From positions 26,382,299 through 26,437,189 of the forward strand of contig NC_068993.1 of NCBI RefSeq assembly GCF_001194135.2: a stretch of 54,891 bases of DNA, in the 5' to 3' direction. The notes beneath the pieces are model-generated. The model was not told the DNA's origin and searched no databases. It saw only the letters and a program-made list of their open reading frames with translations. The translations under genes were made by a program, and so were the position numbers. Numbering within the stretch: the stretch's first letter is position 1; every line of letters begins with the position of its first letter. The DNA comes from Octopus bimaculoides. Taxonomy: Eukaryota. Shown here one piece after another: positions 35,223-47,141 of the stretch.

Positions 35223-35622
35223 TGCACAGGCATGGCTGTGTGATAAGAAGTTTGCTTCTCAACCACATGGATCTGGTTTCAGTCCCACTGCACAGCACCT
35301 TGGGCTTTTCTTCTACAGTAGCCTCAGGCTGACCAAAGCCTTGTGAGTGGATTTGGTAGAAGAAGACTAAAAAAAGCCTGTCTTGTGTGTGTGTGTGTGT
35401 GTGTGCCTTTGTGTCTGTGTTAGTTCCCCCCAGTACCACTTGACAACTGGAGTCGATGTGTTTACATCCCTGTAACCTAGCAATTCAGCACAAGAGACCA
35501 ATAGAATAAGTACCAGACTTTGCAAAAAATAAGTACTGGGGTCAATTCATTTGACAAAAAATTCTTCAACGCGATGCCCCAGCATGGCCACAGTCTAATG
35601 ACAGAAACAATTAAAAGACAAA

Positions 35623-35625
<3 letters not shown>
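35223..35625 (+). mobile_element. Full-length SINE family S1
   Basis: CAGGCATGGCTGTGTGATAAGAAGTTTGCTTC...CCAAAGCCTTGTGAGTGGATTTGGTAGA...CCCCAGCATGGCCACAGTCTAATGACAGAAAC. Confidence 0.9.
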
Positions 35626-35658
<33 letters not shown>

Positions 35659-35714
35659 GTTTATAAATTTGTGTTGCAAAATTCCTGATGAGAAGTCGTG
35701 TGTTGAAACAGATA

Positions 35715-35931
35715 CTGTTGTATTTCAGGATGGTCATTTTCTTTTTTTTTTTCCAAATAAACACACGCACTGTATATTTGTTCTTCACTCATTTATTATG
35801 TCCATTGTCTGCAAATCTTGGACATCTGTGACCTCTCCAGAGACACTTTCTGTCTTCTTGTGTGCTCTTGCTCTGCTTATTCCATTCTGTTCTAGTGACA
35901 CTTTCAAAAATGACCATCCCAAAATACAACA

Positions 35932-35932
<1 letters not shown>
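35715..35932. mobile_element. 218-bp Tc1/mariner-type MITE (TA TSD, 26-bp TIRs)
   Basis: TA|CTGTTGTATTTCAGGATGGTCATTTT ... AAAATGACCATCCCAAAATACAACAA|TA (23/26 match). Confidence 0.75.
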
Positions 35933-35963
<31 letters not shown>

Positions 35964-35974
35964 ATACACACATT

Positions 35975-36240
35975 GTCATCATCATTATCATCACCATTTT
36001 AACACTACTTTTCCATGCTTGGATGGGTCGGACAAAAATAAGTTAAAGCAGAATCTACAATCAGACGCCCCTCTTGACACAACATGTTAAGAAACTATTT
36101 ATTTGTCAGGTGGTTGTTTATAAGCAGTGAACACAGAAGATAGTGGGGAAATATGAACTCTCTCACATGCACACACAAACATATGTCATCATCATCATCA
36201 TTTTAGAAGTCCACTTTTGATGCTTGTTTGGGTCCGACAG
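35975..36240 (-). mobile_element. Two short RTE-type 3' tail fragments (35975-36035 and 36185-36240)
   Basis: (CAT)n followed by TTT..TTTCCATGCTTGGATGGGTCGGAC-like sequence. Confidence 0.5.
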
Positions 36241-36534
36241 AATGGATTTGGTAGAAGAAGACTGAAACGAAGCCTGTCATATGTATGTGTGAGTGAGGAG
36301 GTATAGAATTCAGTGAAGCAGGTTTTCTATAGCTGGATGCTCTTTCTTTTGCCAACACTCACCTGCTTCCCTGTTTAATTTAGAAATTTAATGAACAAAT
36401 TTGTTAGCTGAAGATTCTTAGAGAGAAAGAGAGAGGGGCAGAAAGAGAGAGAGGGAGAGAAAGGGAGGAGAGGAAAAGACTGAGAGGGAAACTATAGGAC
36501 CAATAATTATGATTTCAAGATATACATCTTTTAT

Positions 36535-36950
36535 CTTTTACTTGTTTGAGTCATTAAACTGCAGCCATGCTGGCAGACCACCTTGAAGAATTTTTAATCA
36601 AATTTCAGTATTTTTATGTTTTTTGTTTCATTTATTTCAAGCCTAGCATTTATTCTATTAATCTATTTTGCCAAACCAGTAGGTTACAAGGACATAAACG
36701 CACCATCACTGCTTGTCAAAAGGTGGTAGGAGATAAACACAGGCACAAAACCACATGCACACACACACACACATACATATATATGATGAACTTCACTCAG
36801 TTTACATCTACCAAATCCACTCACAAGGCTTTGGTCAGCCTAAGACTATAGTAGAAGACACTTACCCAAGGCACCACACAGTGGGACTGAACCGAGAACC
36901 GTGCAGTTGGGAAGCAAATTTCTGACCTCACAGCTATGCCTGTGCCTATG
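36535..36950 (-). mobile_element. Full-length SINE family S1
   Basis: TTTTACTTGTTTGAGTCATT...CATGCTGG...AAATCCACTCACAAGGCTTTGGTCAGCC...GTAGAAGACACTTACCCAAGG. Confidence 0.88.
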
Positions 36951-37213
36951 TGGAGAAAAATCAGGAACTGTTATATAGATGAGTAGGACATAAAATGTGA
37001 CAGAAATTATAGATACCATACATTGTATGATATATGTAAATATTGTTGTTTTTAGTTATCAATAGGGTTTTCTTTGCAAATATGGACCTTATTGAAAGAA
37101 ATTTCAATGAGAAACAATGGGGTAGTTTATCTTCCATTTCAATGCAATCAGATTCCCATGAAATAAGGATGGTGAAATTTTGGCACAAGGACAGCAGTAT
37201 CAAGGCAGGGAGT

Positions 37214-37381
37214 AAATCAATTACATCAACCCCACTACTCAACTGGTACACATCTTATCAATCCCAGAAGGATGGAAGGCAAAGTCAACCTCAGCAGAAT
37301 TTGAACTCAGAATGTAAAGACGGACGAAATGCTTAGTGGCATTTTGTCTGGAATGCTAATGATTCTGCTAGCTTTCCACCC
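37214..37381 (-). mobile_element. SINE family S2
   Basis: GGATGGAAGGCAAAGTCAACCTCAGCAGAATTTGAACTCAGAATGTAAAGACGGACGAAATGC. Confidence 0.85.
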
Positions 37382-37384
37382 TCC

Positions 37385-38457
37385 TGGGCTGGTTGATAAA
37401 AGGATGAATGGTGTTGTGCATCAAAGGGAAATGCTGCTGACAATTATAAACCATTTTCTTGCCTCCCATTAATGTGGAAGTTATTGTCAGGAGGAATTGC
37501 AGAAGAACTGTATAAGTTTCTTGATGGGAATGATATATTACCAATGGAACAAAACGGCTGTGGAAGGAGATGCAGAGGTACCAAAGATCAATTATTGATA
37601 GTTTTATATCCTGCCACAGGTTGGTATAGATAAATTATGCAGTGGAGTTTGAATCAATGTGTTCCCACGACATACTTTGCAAGACTACCAAAATGCTCTG
37701 TCTGACTACTACCAACCACTACTCTTATAAGAGTTCAGCTAGTCCATTCTCCAGTCTGCCAGGCTGGGGTCTGTGACTCTCGCCACAATAGATAGACAAA
37801 ATAGTAATGCAAGATTGTAAATGAAGGAGAACAAGATTGGGAATGGCTTGGATTGACTACCACAAGGCTTATGATACGACTCCACATTCATGGATCAAGT
37901 GCTTTGATCTGTTTGGAATTGTGAGGAATGTAACACGCTTCCTGAAGAGAAGTATGGTGGGGTGGAAAACCGAACTATGGAAAAGCTTGGGCACCCTGGG
38001 TATCAGAAGAGGGATTTTTCAAGGTGATAGCTTATCTCTGTTGTTTTTTGTTCTCTGCATGATACCCCTGACCTAGAAAATATACCTAGAGTACCAACTA
38101 AAGGAAAGATCCCAAAAACTTCCTCTTCATGGATGATTTGAAACTGTATGGCAAGGATGAAACCCAAGTGAGTTCCTTGGTGAACATGGTCCACTGTTTT
38201 AGTACTGATATTAGAATGGAATTTGGACGTAAGGTTTGCAGAATAATTCATCCAAAAAGAGGCAAGGTACAGTCCCCACCTGGGACAGAATTACTGAATA
38301 GAGACTTGATTAAACAAATTGAAACGGAAGGCTATAAATACCTTGGTATACTAAAGTTCAACAAGATGATGGAGAATGAAATGAAAAAGCAACTGCAGAT
38401 GGAATATTTTTGAAGACTAAGGTTGGTATTTCACTGAGAATTGACTGGATGGAATAA
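37385..38457 (+). mobile_element. R4/Dong-clade LINE RT fragment with an about 180-bp insertion
   Basis: [31 protein letters not shown]|DK, AWIDYHKAYD..PHSWI, GIRRGIFQGDSLS, MDDLKLY, YKYLGI. Confidence 0.88.
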
Positions 38458-38461
38458 AATT

Positions 38462-38726
38462 GTAATGTTATTATCAGTTCAAATATGCTTGATGCATGTT
38501 CGAACTGGAAACAAGCTACTCACTGCGTTTTGTCATGGAAAATATATCCTGTTTGTTGACAAATGGTGTATATACACCTAGACCAATACGCAGTGCCACC
38601 TACCCAGACTGTGAGGTGCTAGCATTTCAGAAAGGTTATCTCCTCTTTGGACACAGACACTAGGCAGTTCTCCAGTTCTCCAGTTCGAACATGTCTCAAG
38701 CATATTGAGACTGATCATAACATTAC
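38462..38726. mobile_element. 265-bp MITE with about 48-bp TIRs and AATT TSD (Sola1-like target)
   Basis: AATT|GTAATGTTATTATCAGTTCAAATATGCTTGATGCATGTTCGAACTGGA ... TCCAGTTCGAACATGTCTCAAGCATATTGAGACTGATCATAACATTAC|AATT. Superfamily inferred from the TSD only. Confidence 0.75.
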
Positions 38727-38769
38727 AATTTCACTTATCACTGCTTAGCACCCACCACCACCACCACCA

Positions 38770-39345
38770 CTCTGTAATTTACTTACAGTGAGTTGCCATA
38801 TAGCACTACTAATCACCGTATGGTTACTGGAAAAGCATAAGAGAGTCAATTTCTTCAATCAGCTCGTAGCTGATGTCTGTGACTGAATTGTAGTTTTATT
38901 ACCGCATTGTGCCTCAGCCACCCGGGCCCATCGAATGGCTTTCATTCCCTCCTGCTTTAGAGCATGTACTCTAGCTCTGACAATGCAACCTTCATGCTTG
39001 GTATTGAAGAATTGGTCGCTATGCCTCTTCTAGTTTTGTGACTCGGTTTCTCTCTACTCTAGTCTTCTCTATTGCTAGTTCTCTGCTAAATTCTACAGCT
39101 TCTACTCTAATCCCCCATTTTAGGGCTACCCACCATTGGTTGTTGATGACTGCACCCATCAACTTTCGATGGACTGACTTGCTAAGTCGGTCTTTGAAAG
39201 CTTGATGCACCAGGAAGGATGCATTCAGCTTCCAGTATCCGGGTCCCTGCCTACGAAGCCTATCTAGGTCAACTGAACAGATTACAAATTTGTGGTCTGT
39301 ATAGCTGACAAGTTCGAATTGTGGACAACCTATGTTTTCCTTATC
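38770..39345 (-). mobile_element. L1/Tx1-clade LINE ORF2 fragment (end of APE plus linker)
   Basis: YTDHKFVICSVDLDRLRRQGPGYWKLNASFL...WWVALKWGIR matches the L1/Tx1 (S/T)DH...GPGYWKLN motif. Confidence 0.8.
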
Positions 39346-39374
39346 TGCTGGCCTACAAAATGCCCTATCTCCCC

Positions 39375-39552
39375 ACCCACACTACTTGACAACCAGTGTT
39401 GGTTTATTTACATCTTGTTAACTTAGCAGTTCAGTAAAAAGTCACCAGTAGAATGAGTACCTTACATTAAAAATAAGTACTGGGATCGATTTGTTTGACA
39501 AAACCTGTCGAGCTGGTGCTCCAGCATGGCTGCAGTCCAAACAAGTAAAAGA
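39375..39552 (+). mobile_element. SINE family S1 tail
   Basis: CTTGACAACCAGTGTTGG...AATAAGTACTGGGATCGATTTGTTTGAC...CCAGCATGGCTGCAGTC. Confidence 0.8.
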
Positions 39553-40499
39553 TTTTAAAAATTTTAAATCAAGAAGAGCAAGTCAGAGGGAGGCCTATAT
39601 GCAGCAAAATAGCCCTCTAATCCCATTAATCATACTCTATTTATTCTTTTATAAATGAACATATTAGATGAGGTGGTCATGGTTGGAACATTCTAGATCA
39701 TAGCAGGCTGACCAGGAGCTGAGCAATAACAACTCTGATATCTATCTCTATCAACTACTTAGTGATTATTGCATTATGGTGTTTCCATACTTGGCATCTA
39801 ATGAGACCTGAACAGCTGAAACCCACATCTCCCCCAATTCCAGCGAAGTTGCTAATTTTGCAGCCAGAATTGTTGGTATCAAGATAAACCACACATACAG
39901 GCACCGTACTAAGTATTTAGCAAGAGCTTAGAACTAAGTGAAGAGTCTCACTTGAACTAGAATGGTGTACATCACTCATAACAGAACAACTTTGAGTAAA
40001 ACATGATGAACAGTTGAAATGAAAGATGTCATTCAGTTACCTCAATACTTCATCTGGTATTTTGTGTGAAAGTTGTCAGCCTGTCACACTTACTTCAAGA
40101 TCTATTTTATACACTTGACCCATCACCTCCACACTTTAACCTTTCTCGCTTGTCTCTCTTGTCCTTCCCCTCTTCCTCCCTCCTTTCTTTCTTTCTCTCT
40201 CCCTCTCCATGCTCTCCTATACACATTAAATATTATATCATTTATAATATTCACTCCCCCCGTTCAACTTCTCTCTTTCTCTCTCTCTCTGCTCTATCAA
40301 TCCCTCCAAATACCACTCTCTAATTGGCTTACCTTCACTATCTTCTTAAACCAGAGCATTTGTATGTGTGAGTGTATGCAAGAGCAAGTGTGCACATGTA
40401 TGTGTAGGTGTATAAATGTAAAAGGATTTACAGTTTTATATTTCTTTCTTTGAACACCTATCCAACCTACATACCTATCAAAGTTTTTTTAACTAATAT

Positions 40500-40839
40500 T
40501 GTTGTTGTTAGCAGTGGTGGTGATGATGATGATAGATGATAAGAAATTAGAGATGAATGGCTGCTGTTGTTGTTGTTGTTGTAGTCGGTGGTGGTTGTGG
40601 TGGTAGTAGTGGTGATGGTGGTGGTGGTGGTATTGGTGTGGCTGGTAATGTTGAAGAGGATGAAGAGGATGGCAATAATAATGATGAGATGGTTGAAGAT
40701 ATTATTGGTGATAATGATGATTATAATGATGACTAACACAGTAATTATCATTTTTAATTAATTTGCTCGTTTATCTTCCCTTCATAATTTTGCATTTTTG
40801 ATTATTTTTATTCAGTGTATTCTTTGGTTGTTGTTATTG

Positions 40840-40871
<32 letters not shown>

Positions 40872-41058
40872 GGTGGTGCTGGTTTTGGTGTTGGTTGTGG
40901 TGTCGGTGGTGGTGTTGGTTGTGGTGTCGGTGGTGGTGTCGGTGGTGGTGGTGGTGGTGTCGGTGGTGGTGGTAGTGGTGATGGTGCTGGTGGTGCTGCT
41001 GGTGGTGCTGGTTCTGTTTTGGGAGTTTGCTGTGATTATGTTGTTATTATTGTTGATT
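40500..41058. repeat. (GGT)/(GTT)/(GAT) trinucleotide low-complexity tracts
   Basis: Direct reading; these produce spurious Gly- and Val-rich ORFs. Confidence 0.9.
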
Positions 41059-41559
41059 AGCCCCAGGTCAGCTTTGATTGAGCAGATTTATGATAAAAAT
41101 TATTCCAGTCATAATCACCCCCACCTTATCTATTTACAGTCATATTATCCAATGCTTCCTTCATTCTTTAAGTGTGATATGAAAAGATTTGGCAGCTATC
41201 TCTAACAGGTAAAGCAACAAGGTTTCCTTGTTCTTGTTTAAGCTGGTTGATCAAACCAATGGTAAAGGCATTCCAGCCATAACCATCACTGCTGTTATTT
41301 AAACATAGTGTACCACAAGCAACATTATCAAATGTGTCCTTTTAAAATGGGAATGTAATTTGATGGAGATTTGGCTGCTGTTTCTTGCCAAGTGAGTAAC
41401 CCATGTGGTAAGCCCCAAATTTGGATTGTCTTATTGTTTGTTGTTGTTATTGTTTCTACCCAGATTATTTCTGACTGAACAGACCTATGGCACACATGCA
41501 ACCAATCAAATGATGAAGCATCACCAACCAAGTCCACCTAGTTTGATGTCCATACTGCA

Positions 41560-43430
41560 TACATACTCAGATATGAGGGGATGATTTTACGGAATATAAT
41601 GTGTATAGCCATAGATTTTGGTAATGGAGTGGAAGCAAGCAAGATGGACTCAGAGTGCAATAGTTGCTGTTCATCTGCACCTAAAACTTCCCAGTACAGT
41701 ATTTGAGACCAGCAAGGTTTTTGATGCTGTATTTTTGTGCGTATGAGAGTTTTGTGTTTGTCTGGTATGAATATGATCGTTCTTATGAGGTTGTTGTAGT
41801 ATACTCTAAGTAATATATAAGTTTCTGGGTGTTTGGAAACGGTTTAGGGGGTGTAGTAGATGGGACTGAGGAAGTCTGAAAAATCCTGCAACAACAAACT
41901 GTGCTCCTTACATCTCTCGATGGTCTTTCATTTTAAATATCTTTGTTGTACAGGTGATCTACAGTTGTGATCTGAGTACACACTGTTATGATGCCTTGTT
42001 TTGTAGCCTTTAGAGTTTATTGTGGAAAGATTGAAGTCCCAGATAGAACTAATATAATCTATGATTGATCTAATGCATTGTGTGTGTGCCATTGTTATTT
42101 CTTCCTCTCAACCAAATGTAGTACTGTGATTGTTTTAAGTATTTTGGTACATCATTTTACTTTCTATATTTTGTCTTCTATTTATGCTGAGAAGTTGTTG
42201 AGGAACTGCATGTAGTTCTTAACATTTTTTTATCCTCTATATGTGCACAATATATTCATGTTGCCTAAGTGTGTTGGTTGGCTGTATTTGACGTTCTCTA
42301 GTGTCGTTGATAAGAAAGCAGACTAAGTATAGTAGGTATTCCTTTAAGTTTGTTGTTTTGCAGTCAAGTATATGGTTCATGTAGGCATGAAAAAGTTGCA
42401 CAGCAGTATGGGAGATTGTGGATGTGATGTCATCTGCATATGAAATTATGCACATGTTTAGTGGAGGTGTGAGGAAGTTGAGTAGATATAGGTTGAAAAG
42501 AGTTGCTTAAAGAAAGGATCCTTGTGGGACTCCATTCAGGAAATTATAGGTTTTGAAAGCTATTACACTTGTATAATAACAGGTAGATTGCCAGCCAGGA
42601 GTTACTGTTGCTTTTAAAATGGTTTTGAGTATTTTTTTGTTAAGTTGAGAGCTGGGGGTTGTATCAAAATCTTTGCTGATGCTGATGATAGTTAGAATGG
42701 TATGTGTGGAGATTTGGGGATGTTGAGGTCAGCATGCATTTTTTATGGTTGATTCATGTGTAGTGTAGTGGTCTACATCTGTGTTGTAGTCAAAGTTGGA
42801 GATATGTAGGTTATTGATGTCTCCAACCTTTCTATAGTTTTTAAGTGTGAGTTCAGAAGGGCAATGAGTATTATGATCTTATTTCATTTGAGATTTTTGT
42901 TGAGATTTAAAATCTCTATAACATTTCTCACCTTCCAGATTTTGGGAATTTGACACTGTTGGTATGGTGTAATTAATATCGATGAGTGCAGTTCTTCCAT
43001 CAGGCCTAAGCTGTTTTAAATGTATGTTTGTGATTTATTTGGTCCTGAGAATATCGTGTTTTTAGATTCCCCTATTGTTTCAGGTTGGTGATGTATTTGA
43101 AGAAAGCAAAGGGTCAAAGTCATGATCTACAAAGGAAGTGCATTTTTTTTTTTTTTGTTTTGTGCTCCTGTATTTTTGTGAGGCTTTTGGTGGTTGATTT
43201 TCAAGAAATCTCTCATAATTGGTTTTTTAATCAGGTCACAGTATAGATATGTTATTTAAGCTTGTTATTGTGATATTGGTGGGGAAGGGGGTGCAACTAT
43301 TGTTATTGCTGTTAATATCGTCATTAATTACTTCATATACCACTTTGCTGGTGTTGTTTCGTGGTTTATGTGAGATACAGTGCTTTCTATTTTCTATTTC
43401 TTTACAGTTTGTTTACTTGTTTATTGTGGT
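41560..43430 (-). mobile_element. Decayed I/Jockey-group LINE RT
   Basis: Minus strand: IPKIWK-like, NGVPQGSFL*ATLFNLY (about 42485-42537), ISYADDIT (ORF 42237-42455), RSIIDYISSIW. Clade within the group is uncertain. Confidence 0.7.
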
Positions 43431-43442
43431 TGCTAGGGCAAT

Positions 43443-43632
43443 GTGTGGGCTGGCGGAGCACCAGAAAAATTGCTCTGTGGCATTTGTTCCTGCTCTTTAT
43501 GTCCTGAGTTCAGATCCCATGAAAATCAACTTTGCCTTTCATCTTTTCAAAAACTGATAAAATAAAGTACCAATCAATGGTTGGCAGTTAATGCAATTAA
43601 TTAACCCTTTTTCTCTTAAAAGTTGCTGGCCT
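43443..43632 (+). mobile_element. SINE family S2
   Basis: CTGGCGGA...TGAGTTCAGATCCC...CAACTTTGCCTTTCATCTTTTC...GATAAAATAAAGTACCA. Confidence 0.75.
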
Positions 43633-43868
43633 GGTGGTGGTGGTGGTGGTGGTGGTCTTATTTGGTTCTTTCATTCATGTAAATAATATACTGAGTGGAA
43701 AAATTTTCAATGAAGTGAGCTTAACCAAATGATTAGCAGAAAAAAACTCCTACAAAATGTATTTAAAATCTAAAACCAACATAATCAACTTGTGTACACA
43801 ACTTAGTTGTATTAGACCTTTATCACAAAAGGTCTATTCTATTCAGTTAACAACATATTGTGATTATT

Positions 43869-43918
<50 letters not shown>

Positions 43919-44029
43919 ACTATCTCTCTCTTTCTGTATGTGTGTGTATGTGTGCATGTGTGTGCGTGTGTATGTGTGCATGTGTGTGCATATGTATGGT
44001 TATGCACATGCATGCATATATACATAAGA

Positions 44030-44212
44030 ATATCTGTCCTGGTGCCATATAAAAAGCACCCAGTACACTTTGTAATGTGGTTGGTTTTAGGAAGGGGATC
44101 TAGCCATAAAAACCATACCAAAACAGACAACTGGTGCATGCCAGCTCCTGACAAACCATCCAATCCATGCCAGCATGGAAAATGAATGTTAAAGGATGAG
44201 GATAATGATAAA
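44030..44212 (+). mobile_element. RTE-tailed SINE or LINE 3' end
   Basis: GGTGCCATATAAAAAGCACCC...GGTTGGTTTTAGGAAGGGGATC...CCATCCAATCCATGCCAGCATGGAAAATGAATGTTAAAGGATGAGGAT. Confidence 0.7.
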
Positions 44213-44504
44213 CACATACATACATACGTACATACGTACATACATACATATATATATATATATATANNNNNNNNNNNNNNNNNNNNNNNNNNNNNNNNNN
44301 NNNNNNNNNNNNNNNNNNNNNNNNNNNNNNNNNNNNNNNNNNNNNNNNNNNNNNNNNNNNNNNNNNNNNNNNNNNNNNNNNNNNNNNNNNNNNNNNNNNN
44401 NNNNNNNNNNNNNNNNNNNNNNNNNNNNNNNNNNNNNNNNNNNNNNNNNNNNNNNNNNNNNNNNNNNNNNNNNNNNNNNNNNNNNNNNNNNNNNNNNNNN
44501 NNNN

Positions 44505-44554
<50 letters not shown>

Positions 44555-44556
<2 letters not shown>

Positions 44557-45033
44557 TGACTGAAACATGTAAAAGAATAAAAGTAAACAAGATGTGGACC
44601 TGCTGACCCCTCATCATTTATTGACCAAGAATCATTATGAAATTGCCCATTTCTGTTGTCGATTAGATTGTTGATTCTGGTAGCATCAACAGCAAAAAGC
44701 AGATGGGATAAGTGACCAAACATAAACAACAGCAGAATGGGAACAGAACATAATGGAAAATAACACAGGTGGTTGGTACATATATGAATAAATGTATACA
44801 TTTAAAGGCCTTTCGGCTATAAGAGAAGAAATATGCAGAAATAATGCTAATGGAAAAGGTTGTCCTATAGAACTTAAAAAGGGAAGTAGAGAGATAGAAA
44901 GATAAAAAGAAAGGAGAAAAGATGGAAGAGAGTGAACAAAAGATAAGATGAACCTGAGAGGGATAATAACTGACGAGGGGGTCAACAGGTCCACCTCTTG
45001 TATTCTTTTATTCTTTCCCATGTTTCAGTCATT
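44555..45033. mobile_element. 479-bp fold-back element with about 62-bp inverted termini, embedded in (TA)n
   Basis: AATGACTGAAACATGTAAAAGAATAAAAGTAAACAAGATGTGGACCTGCTGACCCCTCATCA (44555-44616) vs TGACGAGGGGGTCAACAGGTCCACCTCTTGTATTCTTTTATTCTTTCCCATGTTTCAGTCATT (44971-45033). Confidence 0.7.
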
Positions 45034-45049
45034 TATATATATATATATA

Positions 45050-46025
45050 AATCTTATACTAACTCTGCTAAATTAAAGCACCATATGCACTGCATAAACA
45101 ATAGTAAAGTGCAACAACAGTTCAATAACTCACCTACTAGTTCTACCAAACATATGCCTCTAAATACCAATGAAGGAGTTGTAAGCCGCAATGAAAAGCA
45201 CCAAATATGGCCAAATTGTGATAGTAGAAATGCTTATGATATAGCTAACACAGTAACAACATTGGAAAATGAAGTCAGAACTGACATATATACAAATAAG
45301 TATGATAAATGCTCATGCAGAGAAAAATCAAAATGCCCATTGATGAACTTCTGTATGAATACAAATCTTGTATATAAAGGGAAGGCCATATTTTTACATT
45401 TGGCAGACAGCTGATTCATTTAAGAATCATTATTGTGACTATATCACCAATTTCAAGAGAATCAATAAGAGACATTCGACACTTTTGGTCAATTTTGTTT
45501 GGCGACTGAAGGAAGATAAAATCAAGTATAACATAACTTGGTCCATAGTAAGGCACATAAAACCATACAATATCATTTCCAGGAGATGCCGACTCTTCTC
45601 TGAGGAATCCTTGTCTATTTTGTGGACCAATGAGAAGATCATTAATAGATTTTCTGAAAGACTCTCAAGATGCCTACATGCACATAAATGTACTTTTGCA
45701 CAATGCAGTGAGAATAAATTCGCGTAATTGTTATCATAATTTACTTTAAGGTATGGATGAATTAAGTTTAGCATTAACCACCCTATTCTTATAAACACGA
45801 AGTACTATTTAACTTGCAATGTGAACGTGAGTGCACCAAACCTCATGTATGTGTATGCATACATCTTCATGGATGCTTGTATGAGTGAGTGTACATGCAT
45901 CATGCAGCTTGAGTGAGAGCATTTATACATCCATATCTGTTAATGGTTATTTTTAATACTTTTCTCGCTGTCTTGCATGTTCATTTCTTTTTTGCATCTA
46001 TTATTTTATTCTTGATCTTTCTTTG
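45050..46025 (+). mobile_element. Penelope-like element 3' part: GIY-YIG endonuclease (frameshifted) plus terminal region
   Basis: CSCREKSKCPL..C..TNLVYK / YIWQTADSFKNHY..HST.L.NFVWRLKE..I.W.IV..IKPYN..SRRCRL..EE. Confidence 0.8.
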
Positions 46026-46501
46026 CATGTATGTGTGTGTGTGTGTCTGTGTTATTTTTAAAATTTTTCTTGGTGTGTTGCTCACAAATATTTATGTAAT
46101 TAAATGTATAATATGTGCACATATGTGTGTATTTATATTTATAAAGTTAGACATGCATTAGCATTCTCACATAAGATGATTAAGGAATTGATCTATGGTG
46201 AATGCAGTTCATAATAAAGATACCAGGGCCAGTGCAAGGTAGACAATCATGATTTTCCAATAAGTAATCTCTTATGATCTGTATTTTTTTTTATTTATCC
46301 CAAAATCCCATTCAGTCTTGTGTAACTTTGAATATTTTCATCCAAGATGGAAACAAGTACCTACATCCCCATGTGGCAGGCTTGATAAATTAAGAGATTT
46401 CTTGCTTCATGAAACCATTGGTAGCTTTGTTAACCCAAAAATAAAGGATATTTATCCACCAATGTGGTGTTGAGCACTTACTCACACTGTTATATGTTAG
46501 C

Positions 46502-46502
46502 A

Positions 46503-46601
<99 letters not shown>

Positions 46602-46631
46602 CTATCTGTCTGTCTATCTGTCTATCTTTTT

Positions 46632-46680
<49 letters not shown>
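46502..46680. repeat. (TCTA)n-(TC)n-(TA)n compound microsatellite
   Basis: Direct reading. Confidence 0.95.
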
Positions 46681-46681
<1 letters not shown>

Positions 46682-47107
46682 GAGAGAGACAGACAGACAG
46701 AGATGGAATGTTATGTCCCTGGGCATGGTTATCCACAATATGACAGAGGGAAGTACCTCAGAGCAGCATTCTGCATACTAAATTCAAACACAGTAGGGTC
46801 TCACAAATGTGGAATCAGAGTGTAACTGGAGCTAAACCATAACATCAACCACAGTCAGGCATATCTCAGATACTATTATCAACTTTCCATGCCATTTCAC
46901 CTCTTCTACTGAGAGTTGCAGCATACCTATCCTCTTACTGACTAAAAAAAAGTATTGTTCTTCAGAAATGGTTCTCGATAAATTTCCAGGAAACAATGGA
47001 AAAGAAGAGAAAATATTATCTCAGATTAATCTGCTGATTGTGGGAAATTTATGGTGAAATGTAATCAACTGAGTTTTAAATAATTTATTGAACAATGATA
47101 TGTGTGT

Positions 47108-47141
<34 letters not shown>

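Noticed and set aside
35676-35712. CTGATGA-G...T-GAAAC hammerhead-like motif
   Set aside because: Stem II and stem I do not pair, and it abuts a MITE boundary; probably chance or beyond recognition.
35785-35900. Minus-strand terminal-exon-like frame QNGISRARAHKKTESVSGEVTDVQDLQTMDIINE*
   Set aside because: Lies inside the TIR-bounded MITE at 35715-35932.
39797-39825. CTAATGA-GAC...GAAAC hammerhead-like motif
   Set aside because: Mutated core and no stem II pairing.
40815-41060. Gly-rich ORF resembling suckerin, keratin or other structural proteins
   Set aside because: Low-complexity (GGT)n expansion continuous with (GTT)n; no signal peptide or splice context.
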